This document shows, in pieces, positions 1 to 11,010 of a DNA stretch of 64,000 bases. A program made the translations under genes and the position numbers. The notes below the pieces were generated by a model that saw only the letters and a program-made list of their open reading frames with translations, made no database searches and had not been told where the DNA came from. Every line of letters begins with the position of its first letter. Position 1 is the stretch's first letter. The stretch comes from Haliotis cracherodii (Eukaryota), in contig NW_027266297.1 in NCBI RefSeq assembly GCF_022045235.1, forward strand, positions 68,076,001-68,140,000, given 5' to 3'.

Positions 1-156
1 CATTCAGCTTTGATAAAAATTATTACTAAAACCAGTTTTGTAAATTTTAATCATGGTTTGCCATGCAATTGTAAGCAATTAATGCTCTAAATCATAAAGT
101 CTGTGTCGGCATTAAACCCAACTCCCTTACTCACTCACTCATTAGTATTTCAAATT

Positions 157-644
157 GACCGCCTCCGTGGTAGAGCGTCCGCCCGGAGAGCGGAAGGTCC
201 AGGGTTTGATCCCCAGCCGTGTCATACCAAAAGACGTTAAAAGATGGTACTTGTGGTTACCCTCTCTGGCGCTTGGCATTAAGGGGCTAAAACAAGGACT
301 GGTCGGCTCGGAGTCAGTATACTGTGTCTGAGTGGGTATTCATGTTAAACTGAGGCATGGTATATCAGTGAGCTAGCACTATAAATCGGCATCAGTCCGG
401 ACTAGTACAAGCAGCCACACACACGTGCATGCACGTCGCTATATAAGTGCAATAATCTTGGACGCGACGTTAAACCCCATTTCACTTCACCTCACTGAGG
501 CATGGTATCTCAGTGAGCTAGCACTATAAATCGGCATCAGTCCGGACTAGTACAAGCAGCCACACAAACACACACACGTACATGCCCGTCGATATATATA
601 ACCAATAATGTTGGACGCGACGTTAAACCCCATTTCGCCACCAC
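157..644 (+). mobile_element. tRNA-derived SINE family A (Meta-domain-like core) with tandemly duplicated 3' part
   Basis: A/B-box-like head, core GTCATACCAAAAGAC...ATGGTACTTG...CTGGCGCTTGGCATTAAG, tail GACGTTAAACCCCATTTCAC. Other copies or fragments at about 1640-2010, 3213-3338, 11515-11637, 20968-21212(-), 22773-23075(-) and 61413-61763(-). Confidence 0.85.
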
Positions 645-713
645 CATAATTCAAATTGTGTTATACCGGTATTACCGTGCACCTCTGTAAATAAACTTCC
701 TCTAATTTTGTAG

Positions 714-854
714 GATGCCAGCGTCTTGCTGATTTCCTGGACAGCATCAGGAAGGACTTCAAGCAGGCAGCCGCTGTATACAAGACGAACTGTGAGGAGA
801 GCAACTATGGCGTCAGCTGTTACAAGTACGCCAACTATAACATCATGGGAAGAG
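714..854 (+). CDS. COA7: COA7 internal coding exon (141 nt)
   Basis: AG acceptor 712-713, GT donor 855; COA7-like translation. This frame is missed by the ORF track. Confidence 0.9.
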
Positions 855-3112
855 GTATATGAAATGGCGGTCGTCAGTCCCTCTGTCTTGTTGCTACAGA
901 TGTCTCAGATTATACCTACTATGCATCCATATACTGTCTCTCATGACTTCCACTCTGTGGTATTGTGGGATATGAAATAGTGGCACTCTGTTCCTCCTCT
1001 TTGTCATTATCATATTTTTTACATGACAAACCATGATTCGAATTTACAAAAGAATTGGAAAGACATTTCAATACTATTGTCACTAAATCAAAGATCAATA
1101 ACCTGTGTGGTTATATATTAAAGGTGTGACGATGCATCGATGGATTGCGATTCTTTACTTTTCGATACAAGTAACGATCACAGTTGCACACTAAGTAAAA
1201 AATATCAATTCTAACCTTCATATGTTTGATTTAATAACTGTTCCACTAAACACAAATCAGTAGTGTATGTTAATAGTGGAAGCGTAAATATTTTCATTTG
1301 TTGTGCCTTACTTGACACTGCCAACTGTAAATCGTCAGTGTGCCAGGTATTTTGCCATGCTGTCTATGAAGAAGATGGCTTACGCACAGATAAGAGCACA
1401 TGCGAGTATCGTGATACATATCGGATCAGGAGTAAGGTATCGTGATACGTATCAGATCTCACAGCTGGTGTATCGTCCCAGCCCTATCATAAATGGGAAA
1501 CATATCATTCAGTTAGCCCTCTGACATACCAGACCGTGGTCATAGAATCAGGCATTTCACATTTCAGACATAGATAGTTCTGGTATTTGTGCTGCCACGT
1601 TAATTAGGGAAAAGTAACTGATCATAATATTTACTGGACAGAAGGTCCGGGTTCGATCCCTGGTAAAGTCATACCAAAAGATATTAAATAAATGTACTTG
1701 TGGGGCGGTCTGGTAGCCTAGTGGTTAAAGTGTTCGCTCGTCACGCCGAAGACCTGGGTTCGATTCCCGACATGAGTACAATGTGTGAAGCCAATTTCTG
1801 GTGTCCCCCGCCGTGATATTGCTGGAATATTGTTAAAAGCGGCGTAAAACCAGACTCACTCACTCAATAAATGTACTTGTTGATTCCCTGCCTGGCGTTC
1901 TGCATTGAGGGACTAAAACAAGGACTGATCAACTTGGAGTCAGTAATGTGTCCTAGTGGGGTATCCATGTTCACCTGCGGCATAGCATCTCAGTGGGCTG
2001 GCACCATAATAAGGGCAATAATCTTTAATGGGAAATCAAAATCCAACATGGATTTGGAGTGGGAGTGTATGAGCTTCTCCCCTTTTAGAAGCATACTGAT
2101 CATGTTGATACACACCATTTATCTAAACCATTTGGTGACATTTCTCCCAACAAAAATAATTTAATTGACTAAATTTTTATTAACAAATGCCTTGTATTTA
2201 AATTGACTATCCCTAAAAAAGGCTGGACCCCCCCAACTCAATTACCTAAAGGCTGTATCCACACTTGAAAATAGCCATCCATTTCACCAAGACTTGTGCA
2301 AGGACCACGAAAATTGTTTAGTCAAGTTTAGCCCTATTTATAACACCAGGGCACTTTAAATCTTCAAAGAATAAAAGATGAGTTTTGATCTGTTAATCTA
2401 ATCTCAACAAAATGACCACAACTACTTTTGCCTGATGAATTATCTCCCTTTCACCATGGCAACCAAATTTTGAATTACTTCAATGTAAATAGAACGGCTT
2501 TTGTTAATGTAAGAGGCATGTTGTGAACGCTTCATGGAAATGTTACTCATTCAAGCTGTACAGATGCTAATTAGTTGAGAAAAAAACCATCAAAATTGTT
2601 CCTTATGAAAAAACATTTTATCCTTTCTAACAGGCTGTCATATACAAATATAATGATCCCATCTCTTTAACATTGCAGGTATGGAAAAGAACGAAAAAGA
2701 GGCATTGAAGTATTACAGTAAAGCTTGTGCCCTCGACCATATGCCAGCATGTCACAGTGTGGGCCTGATTCATGGGAGCAAGAAGGTCTGTCCTCCCGAT
2801 GACATGGGGGCAGCCTTGAAGATGTTCACGAAGGCGTGTGACAAGGACTTCCTTCCCAGCTGCTACTACATCAGCGGCATGTACATCAGGGGCAGTGACC
2901 AGGTGCCCAGGGATATGAAGAAGGCGTCCGAGTTCTCCAAGAAGGCATGTGAAATGGGGCATTTGTACGCATGTTCCAACTTGAGTCAGATGTACAGGAG
3001 GGGGGAGGGTGTGGAGAAGAGCACTAGCTTGGCGGACAAGTTCGAGAAGAAGGCGCAGGAAATACGGGATGGTAGGACACGAAAGGAAAGAACTATAAAA
3101 TTCGGTGAATAG
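714..3112 (+). CDS. COA7: Cytochrome c oxidase assembly factor 7 (Sel1-like repeat protein), last two coding exons; join(714..854,2679..3112); first exon lies upstream of the window
   Basis: Exon 714-854 (tag|GA...AGAG|gtatat) translates GCQRLADFLDSIRKDFKQAAAVYKTNCEESNYGVSCYKYANYNIMGRG. It splices in frame to 2679-3112, which has Cys-rich Sel1-like repeats (KACALDHMPAC, KACDKDFLPSC, KACEMGHLYACSNLSQMYRRGEGV) and ends ...IKFGE*, as in COA7. Confidence 0.93.
1702..1865 (+). mobile_element. Short tRNA-derived SINE family B nested in a family A copy, 15-bp TSD
   Basis: GGTAGCCTAGTGGTTAAAG A-box, GGTTCGATTCC B-box, (ACTC)n tail; TSD AATAAATGTACTTGT at 1687-1701 and 1866-1880. Other copies at 8290-8427, 62222-62306(-), 62823-62885(-) and 63267-63390(-). 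Confidence 0.88.
2679..3112 (+). CDS. COA7: COA7 terminal coding exon
   Basis: ttgcag acceptor; ORF 2681-3112 with SEL1-like repeats; TAG stop. Confidence 0.93.
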
Positions 3113-4184
3113 GAGCATAGTTTTTATTAGACATAGTTGATGATGGATAACGTGCATTTTTGAACTTATTCCTATCTCTCATTATGAATTTCTTCCTTTT
3201 TCTTTGTTAAAGTGCGGCATGGTACCTCAGTGAGCTAGCACTATAACTAGTACAAGCAGCCACACACACACATGAATGCACATAGCTATTTAAGTGCAGT
3301 AATTGTGGACGTGATGTTAAATAATTTCACCTCACCTCCTTTTTCTTTCAATCCTTACTTGGAGACATGCTTGAACAATGAGAGAGTGAAGGTGGCAGTG
3401 AGAAAGAGAATGATGTGGCGGGAGTATTCATGTGATCAGGTCGTCTAGGTTTCCATGTTTCGCAGGGTGGTGACCATGGTGATGCTGAGATGTGTTTGCA
3501 TGAATTGTTTTTTGAAGCTGAAAACTTTGTTCAAGCACGTTTCCACGTAAAGATCGATAGAAGAACGGAAGAAATGCATAGTGTGAGATGTGATAATTAT
3601 ATAAATGTACAAGTAATTGTAAAATGAACAGTTGGAATATTCTGCAGAATTTGGTGGATTTGTTTGTGTTCTATTATGACCAATTGTCAGCAATATTTTT
3701 TAATATGGAAGAATAATCAGATGTTTATAGGTATTTGGTCTCCTATGATCATTTACATATATATTTGATAAGGTTTGTTATAATCACGTCATGGAAAATA
3801 TCGAAATCTATCAAATGTGAACATTTGTTTCATATGAATAGAGTTGTGAAAGGTTGTTTATTCAGTGATTGAGTGAGGTTATATTTAACGTTGCTGACCA
3901 GTGAGACAAAGGGTTGCTTTCCATGCAACTTGTTTGTATCTGATATCTAATGGCGTGATTGTAGTAATAGTTTGTGTGAAATCTACCCCAGAAGGTTTAT
4001 GGAACAAAATGAGCTGTAGGCGGCATGGTTGCCAAGGCTGTCGGTCAGCAACATCTAGGTGTTTCATGTATGTTTGGCAACAGTTTCCATTGTCATGTTT
4101 CAAGTCACTTTTATATGCTTGACAGGCCTGGTTGTCTAAGGTGCTGCTGTTCACTGTGCAAGATTATGTCCGTCACAACTAGGT

Positions 4185-4730
4185 GGGGGCATGTGTGGCT
4201 CAGTCGTCTAAGACGCCACGATTCACTGTGCAGAGTTGTGTCCCTTGGGTATGCCAGAAACTTATGATTGTGGGTTCGAATCCGAGATGCCCAGGGGGCA
4301 CGAGTGGGCCAGTTGTCTAAGGCGCCGCGATTCGCTGTGCAGAGTTGTGTCCCTTAGGCACGCCAGAAACCTGTGATTGTGGGTTCGAATCCCGGTTCGC
4401 CCCGATTATGTTTCTAGGTTTGTCAGCACCATACCCGTGCTCGTGGGTTTCACCGAAGTGGTAACTGTCTGAGACCTGCATCACTTCGGGCTTTTCTCCC
4501 ACATTAAGCTGACACGGAGTGATATAACTGGAATACTGTTAAAAGCAGCATTAAACCCAACTCACTCACTCACCCAGCTTGCCCAATTAGGTTTCTAGGT
4601 TTGTCAGCATCATACCCATGCCTTTGGGCTTTTACCAAAGTGGTAAATGCCTGAGACTGACATCTATTTCAGGCTTTCCTGATGTTAAGCTGTCAAGCCT
4701 TGATGTAACTGGAATACTGTTCAAAGCAGC
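4185..4730 (+). mobile_element. Cluster of SINE family C (partial + full + partial)
   Basis: Repeated GGGGGCAC...GTCTAAGGCGCCGCGATTCGCTGTGCAGAG...GGTTCGAATCC head and (ACTC)n tail. Confidence 0.85.
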
Positions 4731-5121
4731 ATGTGTTTGTTTTATATTTAAAGTAAGAAAACTTGAGATGTCATCACTTACTGTTTTTATAATGAGCAAG
4801 GGTTGGCTGTGAGCTCAGTGCAGCAGGATTGCTATTTTTGTAGCCTGCTTGAAGAAATGTGAGAACAAATTAAACAAGTGGGTCCCCATTATCAGAATGA
4901 ATTAATTTAGTGTGGGATATTTGTGTGAGTAGATGGGAAAGAATTGTGTGTTGTTGATTATAAGTGTTATAAAAACTTGCAACTTAATGATTGGATTTTG
5001 TTTTCATTTTTTTTATGAAAGGTGGTTATACCTTCAACCAAACACAGAGAAAATTAGTACAGTTATTTGGCTATACCATGTACTGAAGTGAGCTGAAGCA
5101 GGCAGTGGTAGAGAGAACACA

Positions 5122-6020
5122 CTGTAATCAATGGTGACAGGGTTGCCCTGAGCTGTGATTGATGGTGACATGGTTGCCCTGAGCTGTAGTCGATGGTGAC
5201 ATGGTTGCCCTGAACTGTGATAGATCGTGACAGGGTTGCCCTGAGCTGTGATTGATGGTGACATGGTTGCCCTGAGCTGTGATTGATGGTGACATGGTTG
5301 CCCTGAGCTGTGATCGGCGGCAAAATGGTTGTCCTGAGCTGTGAACGACAGCGACATGGTTGCCCTGAGCTGTTATCAACAGCAAAATGTTTGCCCTGAG
5401 CTGTTATCAACAGCAACATGTTTGTCCTGAACTGTGATAGATGGTGACAGGGTTGCCCTGAGCTGTAATCGATGGTAACATGGTTGTCCTGAGCTGTGAT
5501 GGATGATGACATGGTCGCCTGAGCTGTGATCGGTGTTGACATGCTTGCCCTGAGCAGTAATCAATGGTGACATGGTTGCCCTGAGCTGTGATTGATGGTG
5601 ACATGGTTGCCCTGAGCTGTGATCGGCGGCGACATGGTTGCCCTGAGCTGTAATCTGCTGTGAAATGGTTTCCCTTAGCTGTAATCGATGGTGATATGGT
5701 AGCCCTCAGCTGTGATCAGTGCTGAAATGGTTTCCCTGAGCTGTAATTGATGGTGACATGGTAGCCCTCAGCTGTGATCGGTGGTGACATGGTTACCCTG
5801 AACTGTAATCGATGGTGACATGTTTGTCCTGAGCTGTAAACGGCAGCGACATGGTTGCTCCAGGCTGTGATCGGCAGCGACATGGTTGCTCCAGGCTGTG
5901 ATCGGCAGCGACATGGTTGCTCCAGGCTGTGATCGGCAGCGACATGGTTGCTCCAGGCTGTGATCGGCAGTGACATGGTTGCCCTAGGCTGTGATCGGCA
6001 GCGACATGGTTGCTCTGAGC
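5122..6020. repeat. Minisatellite, 31-bp unit, about 29 copies
   Basis: Unit GATGGTGACATGGTTGCCCTGAGCTGTGATY; it explains the repetitive ORFs at 5034-6029. Confidence 0.95.
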
Positions 6021-6261
6021 CTTCAACATTAATCAGTTATGACATAGTAGTCACAAGTAATCACAGGCAAAGAGGTGTTCACCATCTTCAGGATCCAGGC
6101 AATCAGGACGTGGATTATAGTTACAGTTCCCACCACTAGCATCCGGTGCTTGGGGTATGGTCTTGATACATGACAGTTAATATTTGAAGCAGGTTCACAT
6201 GTACACATGACCCGTGGAGATCCGGGGTAGAATAGGACTTCAGTAACCCATGCTTGCCGTG

Positions 6262-8215
6262 TGTGGAATAGGTGAACTTATATTCAATGCCCCCATGAAT
6301 AGGATCCCGGTGTGGAATAGGTGAACTAATATACAATGTCCCCGTGTATGGGAACCTGAGTAGAATAGGTGAACTTAAATTCAATGTCCCCATGTATTGG
6401 GACCCGAGTAGAATAGGTGAACTAATATTCAATGTCCCCGTGTATGGGATCCCGGGTAGAATAGGTGAACTAACATACAATGTCCCCGTGTATGGGATCC
6501 CAGTGTGAAATAGGTGAACTTATATTCAATGTCCCCATGTATTGGGACCCGAGTAGAATAGGTGAACTAATATACAATGTCCCCGTGTATGGGATCCCGG
6601 GTAGAATAGGTGAACTAATATACAATGTCCCCGTGTATGGGATCCCGGTGTGAAATAGGTGAACTTATATTCAATGCCCCATTGAATAGGATCCCGGTGT
6701 GGAATAGGTGAACTTATATTCAATGCCCCCATGAATAGGATCCCGGTGTGGAATAGGTGAACTTATATTCAATGCCCCCATGAATAGGATCCCGGTGTGG
6801 AATAGGTGAACTTATATTCAATGCCCCCATGAATAGGATCCCGGTGTGGAATAGGTGAACTAATATTCAATGCCCCCATGTATGGGATCCCGGTGTGAAA
6901 TAGGTGAACTTATATTCAATGCCCCCATGAATAGGATCCCGGTGTGGAATAGGTGAACTTATATTCAATGCCCCCCATGTATGGGATCCCGGTGTGAAAT
7001 AGGTGAACTTATATTCAATGCCCCATTGAATAGGATCCCGGTGTGGAATAGGTGAACTAATATTCAATGCCCCCATGTATGGGATCCCGGTGTGAAATAG
7101 GTGAACTTATATTCAATGCCCCATTGAATAGGATCCCGGTGTGGAATAGGTGAACTTATATTCAATGCCCCCATGAATAGGATCCTGGTGTGGAATAGGT
7201 GAACTTATATTCAATGCCCCCATGAATAGGATCCCGGTGTGGAATAGGTGAACTAATATACAATGTCCCCGTGTATGGGATCCCGGGTAGAATAGGTGAA
7301 CTAATATTCAATGCCCCCCATGTATGGGATCCCGGTGTGAAATAGGTGAACTTATATTCAATGCCCCATTGAATAGGATCCCGGTGTGGAATAGGTGAAC
7401 TTATATTCAATGCCCCCATGAATAGGATCCCGGTGTGGAATAGGTGAACTTATATTCAATGCCCCCATGAATAGGATCCCGGTGTGGAATAGGTGAACTA
7501 ATATACAATGTCCCCGTGTATGGGATCCCGAGTAGAATAGGTGAACTAATATACAATGTCCCCGTGTATGGGAACCCGAGTAGAATAGGTGAACTAATAT
7601 TCAATGCCCCCATGTATGGAATCCCGGGTAGAATAGGTGAACTAATATTCAATGTCCCCGTGTATGGGATCCCGAGTATAGAATAGGTGAACTAATATAC
7701 AATGTCCCCGTGTATGGGAACCCGAGTAGAATAGGTGAACTAATATTCAATGCCCCCATGTATGGAATCCCGGGTAGAATAGGTGAACTAATATTCAATG
7801 TCCCCGTGTATGGGATCCCGAGTATAGAATAGGTGAACTAACACAAAATGTTCCCATGTATGGAATCCCGGGTGAATAGGTGAACTAATATTCAATGCCC
7901 CCATGTATGGAATCCCGGGTGAATAGGTGAACAAATATTCAATGTCCCCGTGTATGGGATCCCGGGTGAATAGGTGAACAAATATTCAATGTCCCCGTGT
8001 ATGGGATCCCGGGTGAATAGGTGAACTAATATTCAATGTCCCCGTGTATGAGATCCCGGGTAGAATAGGTGAACTAATATTCAATGTCCCCGTGTATGGG
8101 ATCCCGAGTAGAATAGGTGAACTAATATACAATGTCCCCGTGAATGAGATTCCGGGTAGAATAGGTGAACTAACACAAAATGTTCCCATGTATGGGATCC
8201 CGGGTATAATAGGTC
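6262..8215. repeat. Minisatellite, about 48-bp unit, about 40 copies
   Basis: Unit GGGATCCCGGGTAGAATAGGTGAACTAATATTCAATGTCCCCGTGTAT, with variant blocks. Confidence 0.95.
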
Positions 8216-8289
8216 CCCATGCATCCTATCCACGACTCCTGCAATGACTGGGTGGTTACAATGTCCAGGTGATTGTCCTCGTGTCCCAA

Positions 8290-8427
8290 GGGGCGGTCGG
8301 GTAGCGTGGTGGTTAAAGCGTTCGCTCGTCACGCAGAAAACCCGTGCAGCACATTTCTGGTGTCCCCCGCCGTGATATTGCTGGAATATTGCTAAAAGCG
8401 GCGTAAAACCAAACTCGCTCACTCACT
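8290..8427 (+). mobile_element. SINE family B copy with internal deletion and 13-bp TSD
   Basis: CCTCGTGTCCCAA at 8277-8289 and 8428-8440. Confidence 0.85.
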
Positions 8428-9172
8428 CCTCGTGTCCCAACCCAGTGTCGTTGTTTCATCCCTCGTCAATTTGGTTTGCTTTGAACAGATTTGCTGCAGT
8501 ACGTAGGCGCCAGGATATAAATAGATAGTACATTTGTAATTGCAAAGTTTTGCTTGTTTGTTGTTTAACGCCGCGGTCTGTAATTACTGGACCTGACAAT
8601 CCGGGGGGGGGATGGGGGGGGGGGATATCTCGAGCATGGATACGAAGACATACATCAACTACGTCAGCGATCCTGACCACCCGATCACTTTATAGTCGAG
8701 CTGGCCTTCTGAAGACCGGTACTATGGTCCGGATCTTCACTAGGCGTAATTGGCAAGTAAAACATGTCAAATGCCACTTGCAATTTGTAAAATGCAATGG
8801 ATGTGCTTGTAATAGGTATGGAGTCAACACACTACCAACATTTATACAGCGATCAGTTACCCGCAGGAGAAATAATTTAAGATTCACTTCTACCTATAGA
8901 CAGTAGTTTGTAATGTTTTCCTCAGTTCCCAATCGATTTCATAAACAAACGCTTGGTCATACGAATTGCAATTCAACCATGGTAAAAGTGACGTGGCGGA
9001 TTACTATACAGTGGGGCACAAAACTGTTGGAGATGGGCAGCAGGCATCTAGCTATTTAGTACTCAACATCATTTAGTGAGCCAACTGGCCACGGCCAAGA
9101 TGAGAACACACTCCGTGCCAGACGACCAACAAAGGATCGAAATTAAATGTTAACTTGCAGTTTCACGTGCTT

Positions 9173-9435
9173 CACACACACACACACACACACGCACACA
9201 CACACCACATAAAAAAATAACAAAACAAACAAACATGCAAACAACCAACTGCCCCAATATCACAGTACAAGGGCGGGTCCAGCAATTTTAAAAGACTAGA
9301 AAGGTCCAAACTTCCACAACCCTCTCTCAGATACGTTTGCAGCCTACAACATACTACAATACGCCTCCGCCCCCCTCCCACCCCCGCTCAAAAAAAACAA
9401 AACAAAACAACAAAAACCAAAACAAACAAACAAAC
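9173..9435. repeat. (CA)n and (AAAC)n microsatellite / low-complexity tract
   Basis: Directly visible in the sequence. Confidence 0.85.
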
Positions 9436-10419
9436 GAAAAATCGTTCAGCCATTATCATGAATTTGAGGATAGAGATCGACTGGCGCGACGCGCAGAGAC
9501 CGTAATTACATCGGTTTAGGGTCTCTGCCACGTGGAGATCTCTGTCACACATAATATTCTAACTCAAAATATATCTATATTAGTTTGTTTTCCTGTTGAA
9601 CATAGCCCATTTCCGAATTATCCCTTCCATGCGAGAAATCCCTCTCGCACAACCACAACCCTTATCTAGCTTTTCTATGTTGATACATAGCATTTTATAT
9701 ACACTGCTATATAATACACTGGATGGATTCTTCTCTAGTTTGTAACAAACACTAAAGAAACTCCTGGACCAAAAAAAGCCAACAGCCAACTGTATAAAAA
9801 AAGGTCGAAGCTCTCAGCAAGGAGACTATACAAAAAGACTGGTCCTGTTTTCAGTCCGTGTCTCCTCCGTGAGTTTCTACAGATGCGTGTCGTGTTATGC
9901 AAAACAATAAGATCACGCCACGTTGGATGTAGGTAGTTATGTAATTTCCGGCTATGTCATCTACGGAGATCGAATTTCGTCATTACTATGTTTACGCAAC
10001 ACCATCAAAAGCTGTTTGGAGAATAGAAGTGGTTAAAGAATGACGCGGTCTTATCTTAATCATTGGATTCCTAAACGTACTAACAAAGCTCACTGTATGA
10101 TACATATATTGTTTTCATCATAGCTATCTATATCGTATCACGCTTTTGCAATGTAAGGTCCCAGCAAAGACGCGGATGTATGTGTATGTACTGGATTTAC
10201 ATATAAATAGATCTATATTTAGAAAATTATATAATATATATATATCCTAGGTAGGCGCGTAAGTTGAATCCGTCTTTAGTATAAGAGACAAAAACTTTGT
10301 GTACATTGTTTTCAACAATATGTAACATATGTTTCGCAACAGCATGCAATTCAATGTTTTTAAGTATTTTTTGAGTCCCCGGACAGGTCAGATGAATTGG
10401 TGATGTGTTGTCGCCCCTG

Positions 10420-10520
10420 AACGGTAACCACCAGATGGCGCTAGAAGCCGTTCTCGCAAATGATTGGCTGTTTTTTCGGCGGGGAAGTGAAATTTCGATC
10501 CACTTCCGGTCTATATATAC
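10420..10520 (+). promoter_or_regulatory. H2A.X proximal promoter
   Basis: CTCF-like CCACCAGATGGCGCTA (10428-10443), reverse CCAAT (GATTGGCTG about 10462), E2F-like TTTTCGGCGGGGAA (about 10473), ETS-like CACTTCCGGT (10501) and TATA-like TATATATA (about 10512), all within 180 bp of the ATG. Confidence 0.6.
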
Positions 10521-10599
10521 AACATTCGCCCGCCATATTACTATCATTCTCTCTCCATTCGTGACAGTGACAGCAGCGTAAATATTTTCTGAAACAAAA

Positions 10600-11010
10600 A
10601 TGTCAGGCCGTGGCATAGGTGGAAAAACGAAGGCAAAGGCAAAGAGCCGTTCATCAAGGGCTGGACTGCAGTTTCCAGTCGGTAGAATCCACAGATTGCT
10701 CAGAAAAGGAAATTATGCAGAACGTGTTGGCGCTGGTGCTCCAGTTTACCTGTCTGCTGTGCTTGAATATTTGGCGGCAGAAGTTCTCGAATTGGCGGGA
10801 AATGCAGCTCGTGACAACAAGAAATCCAGAATTATTCCGAGACATCTTCAACTGGCCATCCGAAATGACGAGGAGTTGAACAAACTTCTTTCTGGAGTGA
10901 CCATCGCACAGGGAGGCGTGTTGCCGAACATCCAAGCCGTGTTGTTGCCTAAGAAATCCGCAGCTGCCGCCGCCAAAGGAAAGAAGTCATCCCAGTCACA
11001 AGAATACTAA
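10600..11010 (+). CDS. H2AX: Histone H2A.X (intronless, 136 aa, C-terminal SQEY)
   Basis: Complete H2A histone fold ([26 protein letters not shown]...[18 protein letters not shown]) plus an extended tail ending SSQSQEY, the diagnostic SQ[E/D]Phi motif. No other histone genes are nearby. Confidence 0.96.
   Translation: MSGRGIGGKTKAKAKSRSSRAGLQFPVGRIHRLLRKGNYAERVGAGAPVYLSAVLEYLAAEVLELAGNAARDNKKSRIIPRHLQLAIRNDEELNKLLSGVTIAQGGVLPNIQAVLLPKKSAAAAAKGKKSSQSQEY

Noticed and set aside
2627-3157. 176-aa minus ORF, and similar shadows at 10654-10935, 45013-45336, 51458-51736 and 60427-61294
   Set aside because: Antisense or off-frame shadows of real exons.
4295-4402. tRNA-like sequences (also at 1702, 8290, 38719 and 48830)
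   Set aside because: They are SINE heads with bodies, tails and TSDs and lack a proper acceptor stem, so they are not tRNA genes.
6209-6260. Assignment of the family D head as an HDV-like ribozyme
   Set aside because: It has a CUAA linker after a hairpin, but no P1/P3/L3/P1.1 arrangement can be built, so it is reported only as an unclassified structured RNA.
5034-8247. Many repetitive ORFs (ITAQGNH..., ISSPILPG...) and a superficially CRISPR-like periodicity
   Set aside because: They are translations of tandem minisatellites. There are no unique spacers, no cas genes, and the context is eukaryotic.
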